DNA of 64,000 nt from Balanoglossus misakiensis (lineage: Eukaryota; Animalia; Hemichordata): contig CM082594.2 in the NCBI GenBank assembly GCA_040954595.2, positions 5,565,319 through 5,629,318 on the forward strand, in the 5' to 3' direction. Below the pieces are notes generated by a model. The model saw only the letters and a program-made list of their open reading frames with translations. It searched no databases and was not told the DNA's origin. The first letter of the stretch is position 1. Every line of letters starts with the position of its first letter. Shown in pieces: positions 1 to 11,182 of the stretch. A program made the position numbers and the translations under genes.

Positions 1-3000
1 TCTGGAATGTGATAATGTGATAATGAAATGACTTTTACTTTTTTTCATTCATATGCTAGAGTTTTAGCAGATGAACCTTAATGTTAAGATTTTGAATTGT
101 TGGGAAATAGGCAATACTTCTACAGGTGTGGTGTCACCAAAGATAGCCCCCCCCCCCATCCCATTCTCAAGTCACTTTTGAAATGGCAGTCGTAGCCAAG
201 AGCATCACTGTTGTCCTCCGTGCATCAATCATTCCCGAAAGAACCGGCTGTGACGGAAGTCGGCGCTTCTGTCCCCTCCGCGACCGGACCGTTCATCATT
301 TGAACTTCTGTCGCCAGGTATCTCGCTATTAATCAACTCTGATAATTACCGGTTTGGAGATGCTGGTTTAATCTGCGTGAAGAGGCTTGAACAAATAAAC
401 CCCCTCCTCCCATTAGGGTTCAGGAAACACTTTTCATTAAGTGCTCTTTTTTGGTGGGGGGGGGGGGAGAGAAAGGATGAGATGCTGGATGCATGCACTG
501 ATGAAAATCATCTCTTTATGATTTGATGCAGATTTGAAAATCAAGTGACTGAATTTTCCGGGGTTATTAACGATTTCAAGTGCCAGCGAAAGAAAGCGGT
601 TGAAAAAAGTTACACCTGTTAAGGATGAGTGATTTCAAAGCTTGTCTGACTGTCTGAAGCCTTCTCCATTCCACGAGAGGGCCTGACTGTCTCATTAATT
701 TGTAATATCTCTTAGAAAGTAAATCACACTTGGCATGTTTTAACAGGCCTGTGTGCCAGAAGTTTAGGCCTTCCTGGATTTCGAACCAATTTCAACGGAC
801 TTGGCAGTTACGGATATATTAAATTTGCCTTGCTGCAATTTGACCGACAGTTTTGTTTTAAATTTGCTCAGATTTATAAAAGTGCCAAACCCAAAACAGT
901 CTGTATTATGTCATATATTTTGTTGTAAATAAAAAAAAAAACATTTTTGAAATACATGTACTCCGCAAAATGAACACTTGAGAATTGGAATGCAAGCCCT
1001 TTCTTAGTCTCACACCTGTGTGTTTAGATCAATTTACTGTTTGTTGCGTTGAGCAAAACAGGGCTTCTTTGGAAAATAACGTATGGAAATCTGGGGACAC
1101 ACGACATTGTTATCTCAATGTCAAATAAATACATCAATTACACTCAAGGGGTTTGACTGTGACCTTGCTGAACGCCAGGTGTTAGTCAGTTGTTCACCCC
1201 GTAATTACTGTCAACAAATTCCCTCCTTCCCAAACCAAAGGTGTGGTCTCTCCACAATTCGGGTTGGAACATCTTCATTGCCACTGTTGGCGTGCTTCTA
1301 GGCATATCTCCACCAGTACTGTCCCCAATACTAGTACTTTTGTGCTGTTTTTGAATCAGCATGTACCAGTACTTCTTACAAAGCTTCACCCCAGGGAAGT
1401 ACTCCCCCACCCCTCCCCTTCCCCTCCCCTGTCCCAAAGTGTTCCGAATACAAGGTTCCCCCCAACTCTGAACTGGTCACACACACTCAAAGCTAACCCC
1501 GTGCCTTAACACCGTCACATGGGAAAACGGTTTTACGTTCATCACCACTTAAGTGAAAGTATACATTTGTAAAGAAGCCCACACTCTGTCGTCAGTTTCG
1601 CTTCTCTGAGCAGCAGAATACTTCAAAAGAATTTATCCATGCATGATCACTCATGTAGCGGATCAAATTTTTTTCGTTTGGCTACATCAAGTGTAAAATT
1701 AGCGCCTTTCCGGTAACCCATAACTTGTGGCCTACTTTCTATAGAAACGAGTACCAGCCCGGTCCGCAAAAGAGCTGGGTTGGGGTGTAATTGCCAACTT
1801 CTGAAATAATCATCATATTTTCTGCAGCCGAGAATAGGATGTCCATGCACGTGGTGTGTGCCTGGCCCGGCAGTGGTCAATTTTTCTAATCATAGTTCAA
1901 TATCCCAGTTGTGGTGTGGAAGGTAAAAGTGATCCATGGTAGGGGTTTGCACAACCGTGAATCATCAAATCTGTTAGTAGTGACGTCTGTTGGCTGACTA
2001 GAATACTGAAGCTTGGTTTTTGACTTCTGGCGTGTTTGGTGTTAAGGAGTGTCTTCATGCTGTCTTGGTTACGCTTGTCTTCCTATGTGTACCCTTGATT
2101 AAGTACCAGAGGGTGGACTCACAGTGCCAACACAATATTTATTACCCGTAGCATCTTTAATTCAGGCCATGCATCTATGATTTGCGAAAACTGCTGCGAG
2201 CGTCATGGCAAAAAGAAATAGGATTCAATTCCACTGTTCATGTAACCAGGGATCCTGAATGCAGAATGATTCATTTTAGAATACTGTGTCTCTCCTTGTG
2301 TTGAGGTTTCAGCCCTAGGGTGGACTCATAATTACACTGCACCAAAAATAGATCTTTGCACAGCATGCGTGAACTTCAGAAAAGTTCTGAAATTGCGCAA
2401 ACATGCTGAAAGTGATTATGAAAAATCAGATATAAGTCATAACTGTTCACAACAGAATACTGACTCCATCCATGTTTTTGTATAACAATGCCTGTTGTAT
2501 GCTTATACATTGTATGACACACTGTTACTCCACTAAGTGACTGTGTATGGCATACTTCTGTAAAATCAGAAGAGCTTTTGTCTCTGACAAGGAAAGAAAA
2601 ATGAAAGTCTTGCACATGTACTGAGATTTGTGTGTGGTGTAACATCTATTTTGGCGCACCAAAGTTCTGCCAATTATTAGTAGGCATGCAAGTGTATGTG
2701 ATAATGAATCAATTTCGACAGTAATCTTGATTTCTTTTGGTTTACGTACATTGTACATCAGATGCACTGCCATTTATTGAAATTAATTACCAACTTTCTT
2801 GAGGAAAAGTTCTGTACATCATTTGTTCTTGATGATTGAATTAACACAGCGAGGCAAGCAGGGTCCCGTGTTGGGTGCGCTGGGGGCACCGCAAGTTTTC
2901 AAACAGAGATGTGAAATAGGTGTGCACCAAACGCAGTCAACCATGGGAGACCACTGTCTATTGAGTATACTGACCATTACCTTTCCGTCAGTTATTGGAC

Positions 3001-6000
3001 CGATCAGTTTGAGTAAGACAGCATGCAGATCGATGTGGTCGAACGAATTGCATCGCGCAACGTTGCCAATACTCTTACCATAAAGGCATAATTTTGTAGC
3101 TAAGTAAAATGTAATTCAAAGATTATCAAAGCACAAAGCAAGTCGTCAGTGCAGTAGTTTACAAGAACAGTCATCGCTTACATGACTCTGATACCAGGTT
3201 CACACACGAAAAAATACTGAGACACTATTTGCCTTAATCCTCGCGTAACAGTTGCCTCTTTTGGTATCGCAAAATATTTCCTGTCGCGAAAATAACCCGT
3301 TTTACAGTACGCCCTGGAAAAGCTCTTGGTTCAGGAGCCATGCGAACGTTCGGACGAACAATTGAGGTTTTATAGCATTCAGTCGTCAAACAATGCAAAG
3401 TGGGTGGGGGTTCTAACACTGTGAAACAGAAGAGAAAATTAACTCCTCAGTGAAGTCACTATTGTTATATAACAGTTAATACAATTGCTTCCTGTTATTT
3501 AGTTATAAGATCCGTTTTGTACAATTGTCCTTCACATGAACCTATTTGATATTAGGCTACCGAACTTTTCTTACTGTTCAATTCTAGAGAAAATGTTTCA
3601 TTTGTGTTCAGAGTCCTGACAATGATCAGAGTGAAACATAGCGTTGGTAATGAAATTCAGTCGTTTGAAAATCTTTGATCAATGATTAATCATCACGGAA
3701 AATCTGTAAATGACAATTTTGCGGGCGATTTTCTGATTGAATTTACATGTGGGAACATCTTTGTGCTAGGTAAATGCTTGGATGGTTTCTTTTGTGCGGT
3801 GAGATACACGCCAGCATCTAGTTTGAACAGGATTGCGAATAGTTGATTATACCCACAGGTAACACATAAAACATGTAGTCAAACTTAGTCAAAGGCCCGT
3901 CTAAAAAAAGAAAAAAAGACAAAAAAAGAAAAGAAAAAGACAAAAAAAAGGAAAACCAAGGATGAAACGAAGGAGAGAATTTGTCATTTTTAACAGTGCA
4001 TGGCTGATGTCATTTGCCCGGTGCAGTTAATTTGTATTCAGTACATCTGTATTCATTGGCACGGTTAGTGTTGCGTGTCTTCCTGAGAAAGAAGTGTATG
4101 TATGCGGCCCAGAAATGTCCTCGAATTTTAACTAGTTTTGGTATCTTCGTGTAGTTTTAAACAAATCGTTAAAGCCCTAGAATTTGCATATATACTTGCG
4201 CTGGAAATTAAGTTATTGAGATAGTCCAGTTTGGAAAGAAAGTTATGGAGAATTGATCGAGTTACAATTTTACAGATAAGCTTGCCGAAATGTGAAATAT
4301 TTTTGCAAAAAATGAAAGACTACACTTCCAAAATCTGATGTTTGCAAAGTCAGTCTTGTGCAAGAAATACCATGCATCTCAAAGGTTCACATAAAAGGTT
4401 TCTTGCAGGATTACCTAGTGGGGATAGTGTGTTTGTCTTGCCGAAATCTTAAGTAGGATTTGGGATTTTTAGATGACTTAATAAGTACTGCTGGAATAGC
4501 TGTCTTATGATTTCTGCATGAATAGCCAGGTGTGACGTGAGAGGGAATGGCTTGCCGAAATTCCACAAATCCTGAAGTCTTCCCACCTAGGTAAAAATCA
4601 TGGATATCCATGGCAGTTTCCATAATTTCACCAAAATGAACTACATATTCATCGGTGGTGTGACATTTAGTTTGGGGTTGAAATTTTTTTTTAAAGAGAC
4701 CCAAAGTTGTAGTCTATGAAGCGTGCCACCGTGACACAATAGAACTGGAATTGTAAAGGTGGTTTTGATAGACTTAGGTGTTTTATTCTTAATACACCCT
4801 TGTGTATACAAAGGATAGTCTGTGTGCAAAACCCATCCACACCCTCGGTGTGTGGGAACTCCAAGGGTTTTCTTCTTGGAGGTCAAGTGGAAATCGCTTG
4901 GTTGAAAAAAAGAAGTTTCTTAGAATTCTTTGCAAAACTGAAAAGGAGAGTAGCTGTGAATTAGATCTTTTCTCAGCATTTTTGTTTTGTGTTCTTCTTT
5001 TAATACAGCATTCTAAAATGTCAAATACTAGTATGCAGCTTTCAACCTAGCCTCTGTGAGTGTGATGGTAGATTTTATTGTTGAGAAATGATGAAGTATA
5101 CAGGCTGTGTTCAAAAGCTGATGTAACTGGCTTTTCATCATCCTTGAGGGAGTTCTTAACAAGAAACTGCAGTTAATTCACAGAACAAAAATAATAAACT
5201 AAAATACCTGAAATAATGTCAAAAGTGGGCAACTTTGAATAAATGTGAACGCATTTAGCAACTTTGCAATTATAAATTTTCTACATACAGCCAAGAATGG
5301 AATTTATTTTTGATTGGGCTTTCACTTATAAAAGTTATGAATCAGATTATTGCATGGTGTGCGAGTAAAGTGTGAAAAGTTGTTTCATCCATTTCAAAAA
5401 AGGAAGGAAACCTTGCGAAAAGATTTCTTGGTCGTCTGCCAGGTCCAGCCACGTGCCGAACCTGTCCCGAGGCACAGGTAACTTCACCCGCCATAAAACG
5501 CGGTGATTGAGTACTGAAACGTGCCAGCTAACCAAATTACCCATGAACACCTTCAAAGTGGTCCTTTGATCGGGGAGACATGTCCACTCAGAGTCGGTGA
5601 ACCGTGACAGAACTGTCGCCCCGTGATTTATTCGCGGCAGGTGTTGGTCGCCGTGGCCTGACTAGTTCCGAGGGATTTATGCTGATTTCAACCCCATGTC
5701 ACATGACGGCCCCGAGAAAATTGATTCTGGCCTCCCAGCGCCGATGCGCGGTGACCACTGACCACATCCTCCCACTGATAAATCATGCCGTGAAATATAG
5801 CGCGGTGCCCGGAGAATCTTGAATTTCTCACAGAAAGCCGGGGTGAAGCAAAGTGCCAACAGGTGACCTTTGCACTCTACAAATTATGGTGGTGCGTTCG
5901 TTCTCAAGGGAAGATTGGGGCCTGCACAAAACGTCGACATGTGACGGGGTTTTGTCCGTCTATTGTGAGGGAAGAGCGGGCACAAGTTTCCCATACACTG

Positions 6001-6105
6001 ATGACATAATTGTACATGCAAAGCGCATCTTTGAGGTCACGCTCTTTTTACTGTCACCCTGTTCCCGCCAAAAAATTTGATGTAGAAACCCTCTTTCTGT
6101 ACATT

Positions 6106-6247
6106 GAATACTTACCCACCAAACTTTCGGGAATTAATACCTCAGGCTCCGTTAATTGCAAGATTAGAACTTTTAGCCTAGACTATCCTGTGACCTGGGT
6201 CACAGGACCCCCTAGCTCCTCAGTTTAATACCTTGCAGAGACTGCAT
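6106..6247 (+). repeat. DIRS left inverted terminal repeat
   Basis: 6106-6227 is the exact reverse complement of 12739-12860 (122 bp). The match resumes after a short mismatch block (CAGAGACTGCAT, to 6247). Confidence 0.95.
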
Positions 6248-6624
6248 CGGACATCTCTGTTCTCCGCTCCGTGCAAGTTCCTTCGTCGCGGCTGCTTTTT
6301 CTGCTCTAGGATCGACAGCTAAGTGATTTTTCCCTTGTTGGATATCATATTTCGTTGATCTCTGTTAGCGTTTCCGCTAATTTTTGTCTTTCAACGATTT
6401 TTTGGACTTTTTTGCCGTGTCCGCGTGTGATTATTTCAGCGGTACACGCAGCTTGCTTAGACGCTATTTACGTTGTTTTTTCCACTCGGCGCGTTTTTCA
6501 CGTCGACCGAGTTTGTTTACGGTTGCTTATAGAGGTTTCTCTAGTATTCATAGACCGTTTTCAGTGTTTCTTGAATATCGTTATTGTTATTTTGTTCATC
6601 ACTCGTTCCGATTCCTTGCCGATC

Positions 6625-9102
6625 ATGGCTTCTCATTCGAATCGAACGTGTGATTGTGGTCAGCAGTTCTCACTGCTAGATAAGCATCGTCTGTGTTCCT
6701 TTTGCCGAGCATGCAAACAGGCTCAGCCTTGTGACATTTGCTCTTCGTGGACACAGAAAGATTGGTCTAATTTCGCCCCCTCGCTCGACGTTGCCACCGC
6801 GGACATCCCCGAGGCTGGCCCGTCATTGTCAATCTCTGACTTGCGAGGCGTTGGTCACGATCGTGCTCATTCGGCCGACAATACCAACACTGAAATTAGT
6901 GCCATACAGGGCAGGCAAACTCCTAAGAAAACGGACGTATTGCCTTCCCGTCATACGGTAAGTGATGCTAGACCACTATCGGAATTTTCCGAAGGGTTTA
7001 TTAACCCCGGTGAGACAACTCAGTTGTCTTCTCCCGTGGTTTCTGCCCGTGATATTTTCGCGCCAAACGGAATCACTTGCGTACAAAGTAGCAATTCCGT
7101 TCCCGCGCAATCTGCCCATGATATTTTCGCGCCAAACGGAATCACTTGCGTACAAAGTAGCAATTCCGTTCCCGCGCAATCTGCTTCCGTTGCTAGGGCA
7201 CCCGAACCGACACGTACTGTGACAAATAATCAGGTTTTCGGGGGGCCTTTTCAGCAACACACTGGAGCAGTTCAAACAGGGCCTGCCCCAGCTGAGGTAT
7301 TTCCAGGTTATCCTAACGTCAACCAATACCCTATACGGTACCAAGGTTCGATGTTTTCTCATGGTATACCTACTCAGGGCAATTTTCAGAGGGATTTCCA
7401 ACAATCCGGCACTTTTCAGCCGTATGGAAATTATCCCCAGGTGTTCCATCCGGGTATGTATTATCAGCCCCCGGTTTGGAATTACCCTAACCCTTATGTC
7501 TCAGGACAACAAATGTCGTACCGCCCTCCAAATGAGTCGAACGTTACGCAACCAGGGTTTCAGCAGCCTATCCCCATGGCAACAGGGCTTCCTATGGGAA
7601 CCCCAGACCAGATTGGGACTGTACCACTGCAAAGTCAGCCGTCTTCGACGGGAAGGCCTACCTCTCGGCAGACTCATCGTTCTGCCTCAGCGAGCATAGG
7701 ACATAGCGGCAAACGCGCACACGTCCCTTCTGCTAGTGTTAGTCGTCCTGGCGCCCCTAGCAACGGGTCAAGCCAGTCGACACATAGTGTACATACTGTT
7801 TCGGCAGGACAACCTTCAGCGGATAGATCCGATTATCAGGTTGCACGCGCCGTTGCTAAGAAACATACGTCTCAGTCTCGCGACGCACTTCAGCGTTATG
7901 CTTCTCCGGCGTCCAGTGAGGATGATGATGACGATATTGAATCGTCAGTCTCCCCCTCTCGCCGTAATGTCGTCGACCCTGACTCCCTTTCCGTACGCGC
8001 TCCCTCCGAGGACCGCGAGTTGGAGGGTAATGAGTCAGACGCGGTCGCTATCCAGTCGGTTGCCAGCGAAGCTAGGTCAACACAACAGGAAGTCGACAGT
8101 TATGACACACAGTCCAACATTGGAGATACTGGGTCAAGAAAGTCAGACAGTTATTTCCACCGTTGCTATGGGTATGTTTATGAGACGTTCGGGGAGGAAT
8201 GCCCTCCCCCTCCACTACCTCCTCGGCCTGAATCTCATGTGTTGGCGTTTGTCGATCCAACAAAGAAACAGACCGATCTCCGTTCACTGCCTAATTCTCT
8301 TGCGCTGAGTACCACCATAGAGAGAGTACAGCGAGAGATAGCAGGAACTAGCCCCAACACGCTGCCATTACCTATCGGTAGACTACCGGCAGCATCCAGT
8401 CTGTTGCGCAACAAGCGATATAAGACGCATGACTCATTGTTTTCGGCTGGCCTCCCTAAATTAGATGAGGACGCCGTCAAAGTGGACAATCAAGCTGGAG
8501 CATTTAAAACTGTCCCAATTGACCGCACGGCATTGCGGATCCTTGGACAGTCTGTTAATGCAACGGTGCGGACAATTTCGCATTTGGACTGGTTCGTGGC
8601 ACAATTAGTGCGCATCGCAGAGTCCCCTGAGCACCCCAGCCAGTTTGCGGACTTAACTCGAGCTATCGGTAATACCCTAGTGCATAGTCTCGAGTTTTCC
8701 GTTCGTAGTCATGCCATGCTTCAATTATTGGAACGAGATGCGTTTCTCAATCGCCCCTCCGTTCAATTAACCGATGAGCTTAAAGCCAAAGCACGTGTGG
8801 TGCCATTGGACCCTAAAGCTCTGTTTGCTGGCAAATTAGCCGGTTTCGCCAAGGAAGCCACTAAAGCCGTTCAGAGTAACGCTTGGCTATTTGGACGAAA
8901 CGGACAGAAAGTGCAGGACACAGGCGCGAATACGAATCGCCCCAAGCAGTCCTCCAAAAAGCCTAAAGCCGGGGGTAAGGCACAGTCTAAGTCATATAAA
9001 CCTCGTGCCCAACCCTACAACAAAGGCATTCGAAGTAAGCCGAAAAGGGCATTTCCTACTTCGACACCTACAACGTCTGGCCAGAAAGGTCAGCGCTCCT
9101 GA
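6625..9102 (+). CDS. DIRS ORF1, gag-like protein (825 aa from ATG 6625; frame open from 6355)
   Basis: N-terminal Cys/His cluster (CDC...HRLCSFC..C....PCDICSSW) as in DIRS gag proteins, a long low-complexity P/S/Q middle, and a basic C-terminus. It is the first ORF after the left ITR. Confidence 0.85.
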   Translation: MASHSNRTCDCGQQFSLLDKHRLCSFCRACKQAQPCDICSSWTQKDWSNFAPSLDVATADIPEAGPSLSISDLRGVGHDRAHSADNTNTEISAIQGRQTPKKTDVLPSRHTVSDARPLSEFSEGFINPGETTQLSSPVVSARDIFAPNGITCVQSSNSVPAQSAHDIFAPNGITCVQSSNSVPAQSASVARAPEPTRTVTNNQVFGGPFQQHTGAVQTGPAPAEVFPGYPNVNQYPIRYQGSMFSHGIPTQGNFQRDFQQSGTFQPYGNYPQVFHPGMYYQPPVWNYPNPYVSGQQMSYRPPNESNVTQPGFQQPIPMATGLPMGTPDQIGTVPLQSQPSSTGRPTSRQTHRSASASIGHSGKRAHVPSASVSRPGAPSNGSSQSTHSVHTVSAGQPSADRSDYQVARAVAKKHTSQSRDALQRYASPASSEDDDDDIESSVSPSRRNVVDPDSLSVRAPSEDRELEGNESDAVAIQSVASEARSTQQEVDSYDTQSNIGDTGSRKSDSYFHRCYGYVYETFGEECPPPPLPPRPESHVLAFVDPTKKQTDLRSLPNSLALSTTIERVQREIAGTSPNTLPLPIGRLPAASSLLRNKRYKTHDSLFSAGLPKLDEDAVKVDNQAGAFKTVPIDRTALRILGQSVNATVRTISHLDWFVAQLVRIAESPEHPSQFADLTRAIGNTLVHSLEFSVRSHAMLQLLERDAFLNRPSVQLTDELKAKARVVPLDPKALFAGKLAGFAKEATKAVQSNAWLFGRNGQKVQDTGANTNRPKQSSKKPKAGGKAQSKSYKPRAQPYNKGIRSKPKRAFPTSTPTTSGQKGQRS
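7042..7184 (+). repeat. 69-bp in-frame tandem duplication inside gag
   Basis: The unit starting TCTGCCC at 7042 recurs at 7111 with one mismatch and encodes SA(R/H)DIFAPNGITCVQSSNSVPAQ twice. Confidence 0.95.
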
Positions 9103-11182
9103 CTACCCAATATCGCTACCTCCCATTCCATCACCGGACATTCAAGTGGGAGGGCGCCTTCGTCACTTCGCCAACGAATGGCAGAAAGTGACAGACGACC
9201 AATGGGTGTTGTCAGTCGTTCGAAACGGGTTCAAACCAGAGTTTCTGACCGATCCTCCATTATCTTGGGACCCACCGCGTTTTGCCAATCGGGCAGGGCC
9301 ACGCACGTCGGCAATTGCCGAGGCAGTGCAAGGGCTGTTATCAAAAAATGCGGTACGGATTGTAAACCCGTCTATAGACGGACCGGGTTTTTACAACCAC
9401 TTGTTTCTCGTTCCCAAAAAGACAGGGGGGTGGCGGCCGATTCTAAATCTAAGACCTTTAAACCGGTTTCTCCGCATAGAATCTTTTTCAATGGAAACCA
9501 CTCGGTCCATACTGGCCGCGGTACAACCCGGCGATTGGATGGTTTCCATAGATCTCAAGGACGCGTACTTTCATATCGCGATCCACGAGGAATTCAGAAA
9601 ATACTTCCGGTTTTCAGTAAACGGAATCGTTTACGAATACACGGCTCTTCCGTTCGGACTAGCGTCAGCACCTCGCGTGTTCACCAGAGTAGTGTTAGAG
9701 CTAGTAGGGTTTCTTCATCGCCAATCTGTCAGAACGCATCCGTATCTCGACGATTGGCTGCTACCCAATCTAAGAAGAGACGTACTCGAGAAGCATGTCT
9801 TTCTAGCTTGGTCCGTTCTCCTTCGCCTCGGCCTTATTCCGAGTATGGAGAAGTCAGCCCTCACCCCATCACAAGACATGGTATTTGTTGGGATGAGACT
9901 TATGACACACGCAGGAATTGTTTGCCCTACCCCAGATCGAGTGGACAGACTTTTGGCTGTCATCAACTCAATCCTGTCTCGCACATCTATCCCGGTCAGG
10001 CTCCTGTTGGAAGCTATCGGGGTGATGGTGTCTATGTTGGCAATCATTCCCTGGGCACGCCTGCGTCTTCGACCAATTCAGCTGTACTTACTGGCCCTTT
10101 GGCGGCCATCTCGACAGCCGATAGATCACATTATTCATGTACGACCGGCTCTCCGTGTCCACCTATGGTGGTGGCTAGACACAGAGAATCTGCTGAAAGG
10201 TGTTCCCCTACGGGTACCACCGCCCACTCAGTTTCTGTTCACGGATGCTTCAACAACAGGTTGGGGAGCGCATCTGGACGAACTGACTGCATCGGGCAGT
10301 TGGTCAGTCGACCAACAAGAGCATCACATCAATTGGTTGGAACTCCAAGCTGTGTTTCTGGCTCTCAAATGTTTTCAGCGGTCGGTCACCAACCAGCATG
10401 TTCTGGTCAATTCAGACAATGCTACAGTGGTGGCTTATATAAACAAAATGGGGGGGACCAGATCCCCAACCCTGTGTTACCTGACTTGGGAATTGTTCAT
10501 GTGGTGCAAGAACCACAATATTCTCCTTCGAGCCCGTCATCTGCCCGGCAAACGGAATCACGTTGCCGACGCGCTGTCACGAGACCGCAAGGTGGTCCCG
10601 ACGGAGTGGGAAATTCCCCAAGAAGTAGCCAATCAGGTTTTTGCGAAATGGGGAACTCCCATGGTGGACTTGTTTGCGACGTTTCAGAACCGCAAACTGC
10701 CTCGGTTTGTGTCGCCAGTCCCAGACAGCAGAGCCCTAGCCGTCGACGCATTGTCGATGTCGTGGAAAAGCCTACTTCTGTACGCGTTCCCACCACTGCC
10801 TCTCTTACCACTAGTCTTAAGGAAAATAGTGGACGAGGAAACAACTGTGATTCTAATAGCACCGGTCTGGCCGAAGCGCTCATGGTATCCGATGCTACTG
10901 GACTTAATGATAGATCGACCTCTGGAGTTACCTCTCCGCGAGGATCTACTGTCCCAGGGTCCTCAACTGATTCATCCCGACCCAAGCGTGTTCAGACTTC
11001 ACGCGTTCAAGTTGTCGAGCAATCCCTCATTGCGAGCGGATTTTCTGAGACAGCTGCCGCCACCATCGCTAGACCTCAGAGAGCCAGCACCTTGGCAACT
11101 TATGAGGACAAGTGGACAAAATTCTGTGATTGGTGTGATAAACGGAGTGTTGATCCACTCACAATTTCTGTTAACCAACTAG
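8891..11182 (+). CDS. DIRS pol: reverse transcriptase, RNase H and adenine-methyltransferase-like domain
   Basis: RT motifs FLVPKKTGGWRPILNL, SIDLKDAYFHI, LPFGLASAP and YLDD. RNase H motifs FTDAS, HINWLEL, SDN and NHVADALSR. MT-like motifs DLFAT and YAFPP. The ORF-track start is TTG, and the first ATG (9491) lies inside RT. Confidence 0.95.
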   Translation: MDETDRKCRTQARIRIAPSSPPKSLKPGVRHSLSHINLVPNPTTKAFEVSRKGHFLLRHLQRLARKVSAPDYPISLPPIPSPDIQVGGRLRHFANEWQKVTDDQWVLSVVRNGFKPEFLTDPPLSWDPPRFANRAGPRTSAIAEAVQGLLSKNAVRIVNPSIDGPGFYNHLFLVPKKTGGWRPILNLRPLNRFLRIESFSMETTRSILAAVQPGDWMVSIDLKDAYFHIAIHEEFRKYFRFSVNGIVYEYTALPFGLASAPRVFTRVVLELVGFLHRQSVRTHPYLDDWLLPNLRRDVLEKHVFLAWSVLLRLGLIPSMEKSALTPSQDMVFVGMRLMTHAGIVCPTPDRVDRLLAVINSILSRTSIPVRLLLEAIGVMVSMLAIIPWARLRLRPIQLYLLALWRPSRQPIDHIIHVRPALRVHLWWWLDTENLLKGVPLRVPPPTQFLFTDASTTGWGAHLDELTASGSWSVDQQEHHINWLELQAVFLALKCFQRSVTNQHVLVNSDNATVVAYINKMGGTRSPTLCYLTWELFMWCKNHNILLRARHLPGKRNHVADALSRDRKVVPTEWEIPQEVANQVFAKWGTPMVDLFATFQNRKLPRFVSPVPDSRALAVDALSMSWKSLLLYAFPPLPLLPLVLRKIVDEETTVILIAPVWPKRSWYPMLLDLMIDRPLELPLREDLLSQGPQLIHPDPSVFRLHAFKLSSNPSLRADFLRQLPPPSLDLREPAPWQLMRTSGQNSVIGVINGVLIHSQFLLTN

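Noticed and set aside
183-331. Short ATG-initiated frame with CAG|GTATCT as a possible RFX7 first exon
   Set aside because: It ends in phase 0 while the next identified exon needs phase 2, and there is no RFX similarity.
6355-6624. Hydrophobic 90-aa N-terminal extension of gag in the ORF track
   Set aside because: It starts at TTG in T-rich leader sequence. The first ATG (6625) directly precedes the Cys-rich gag motif.
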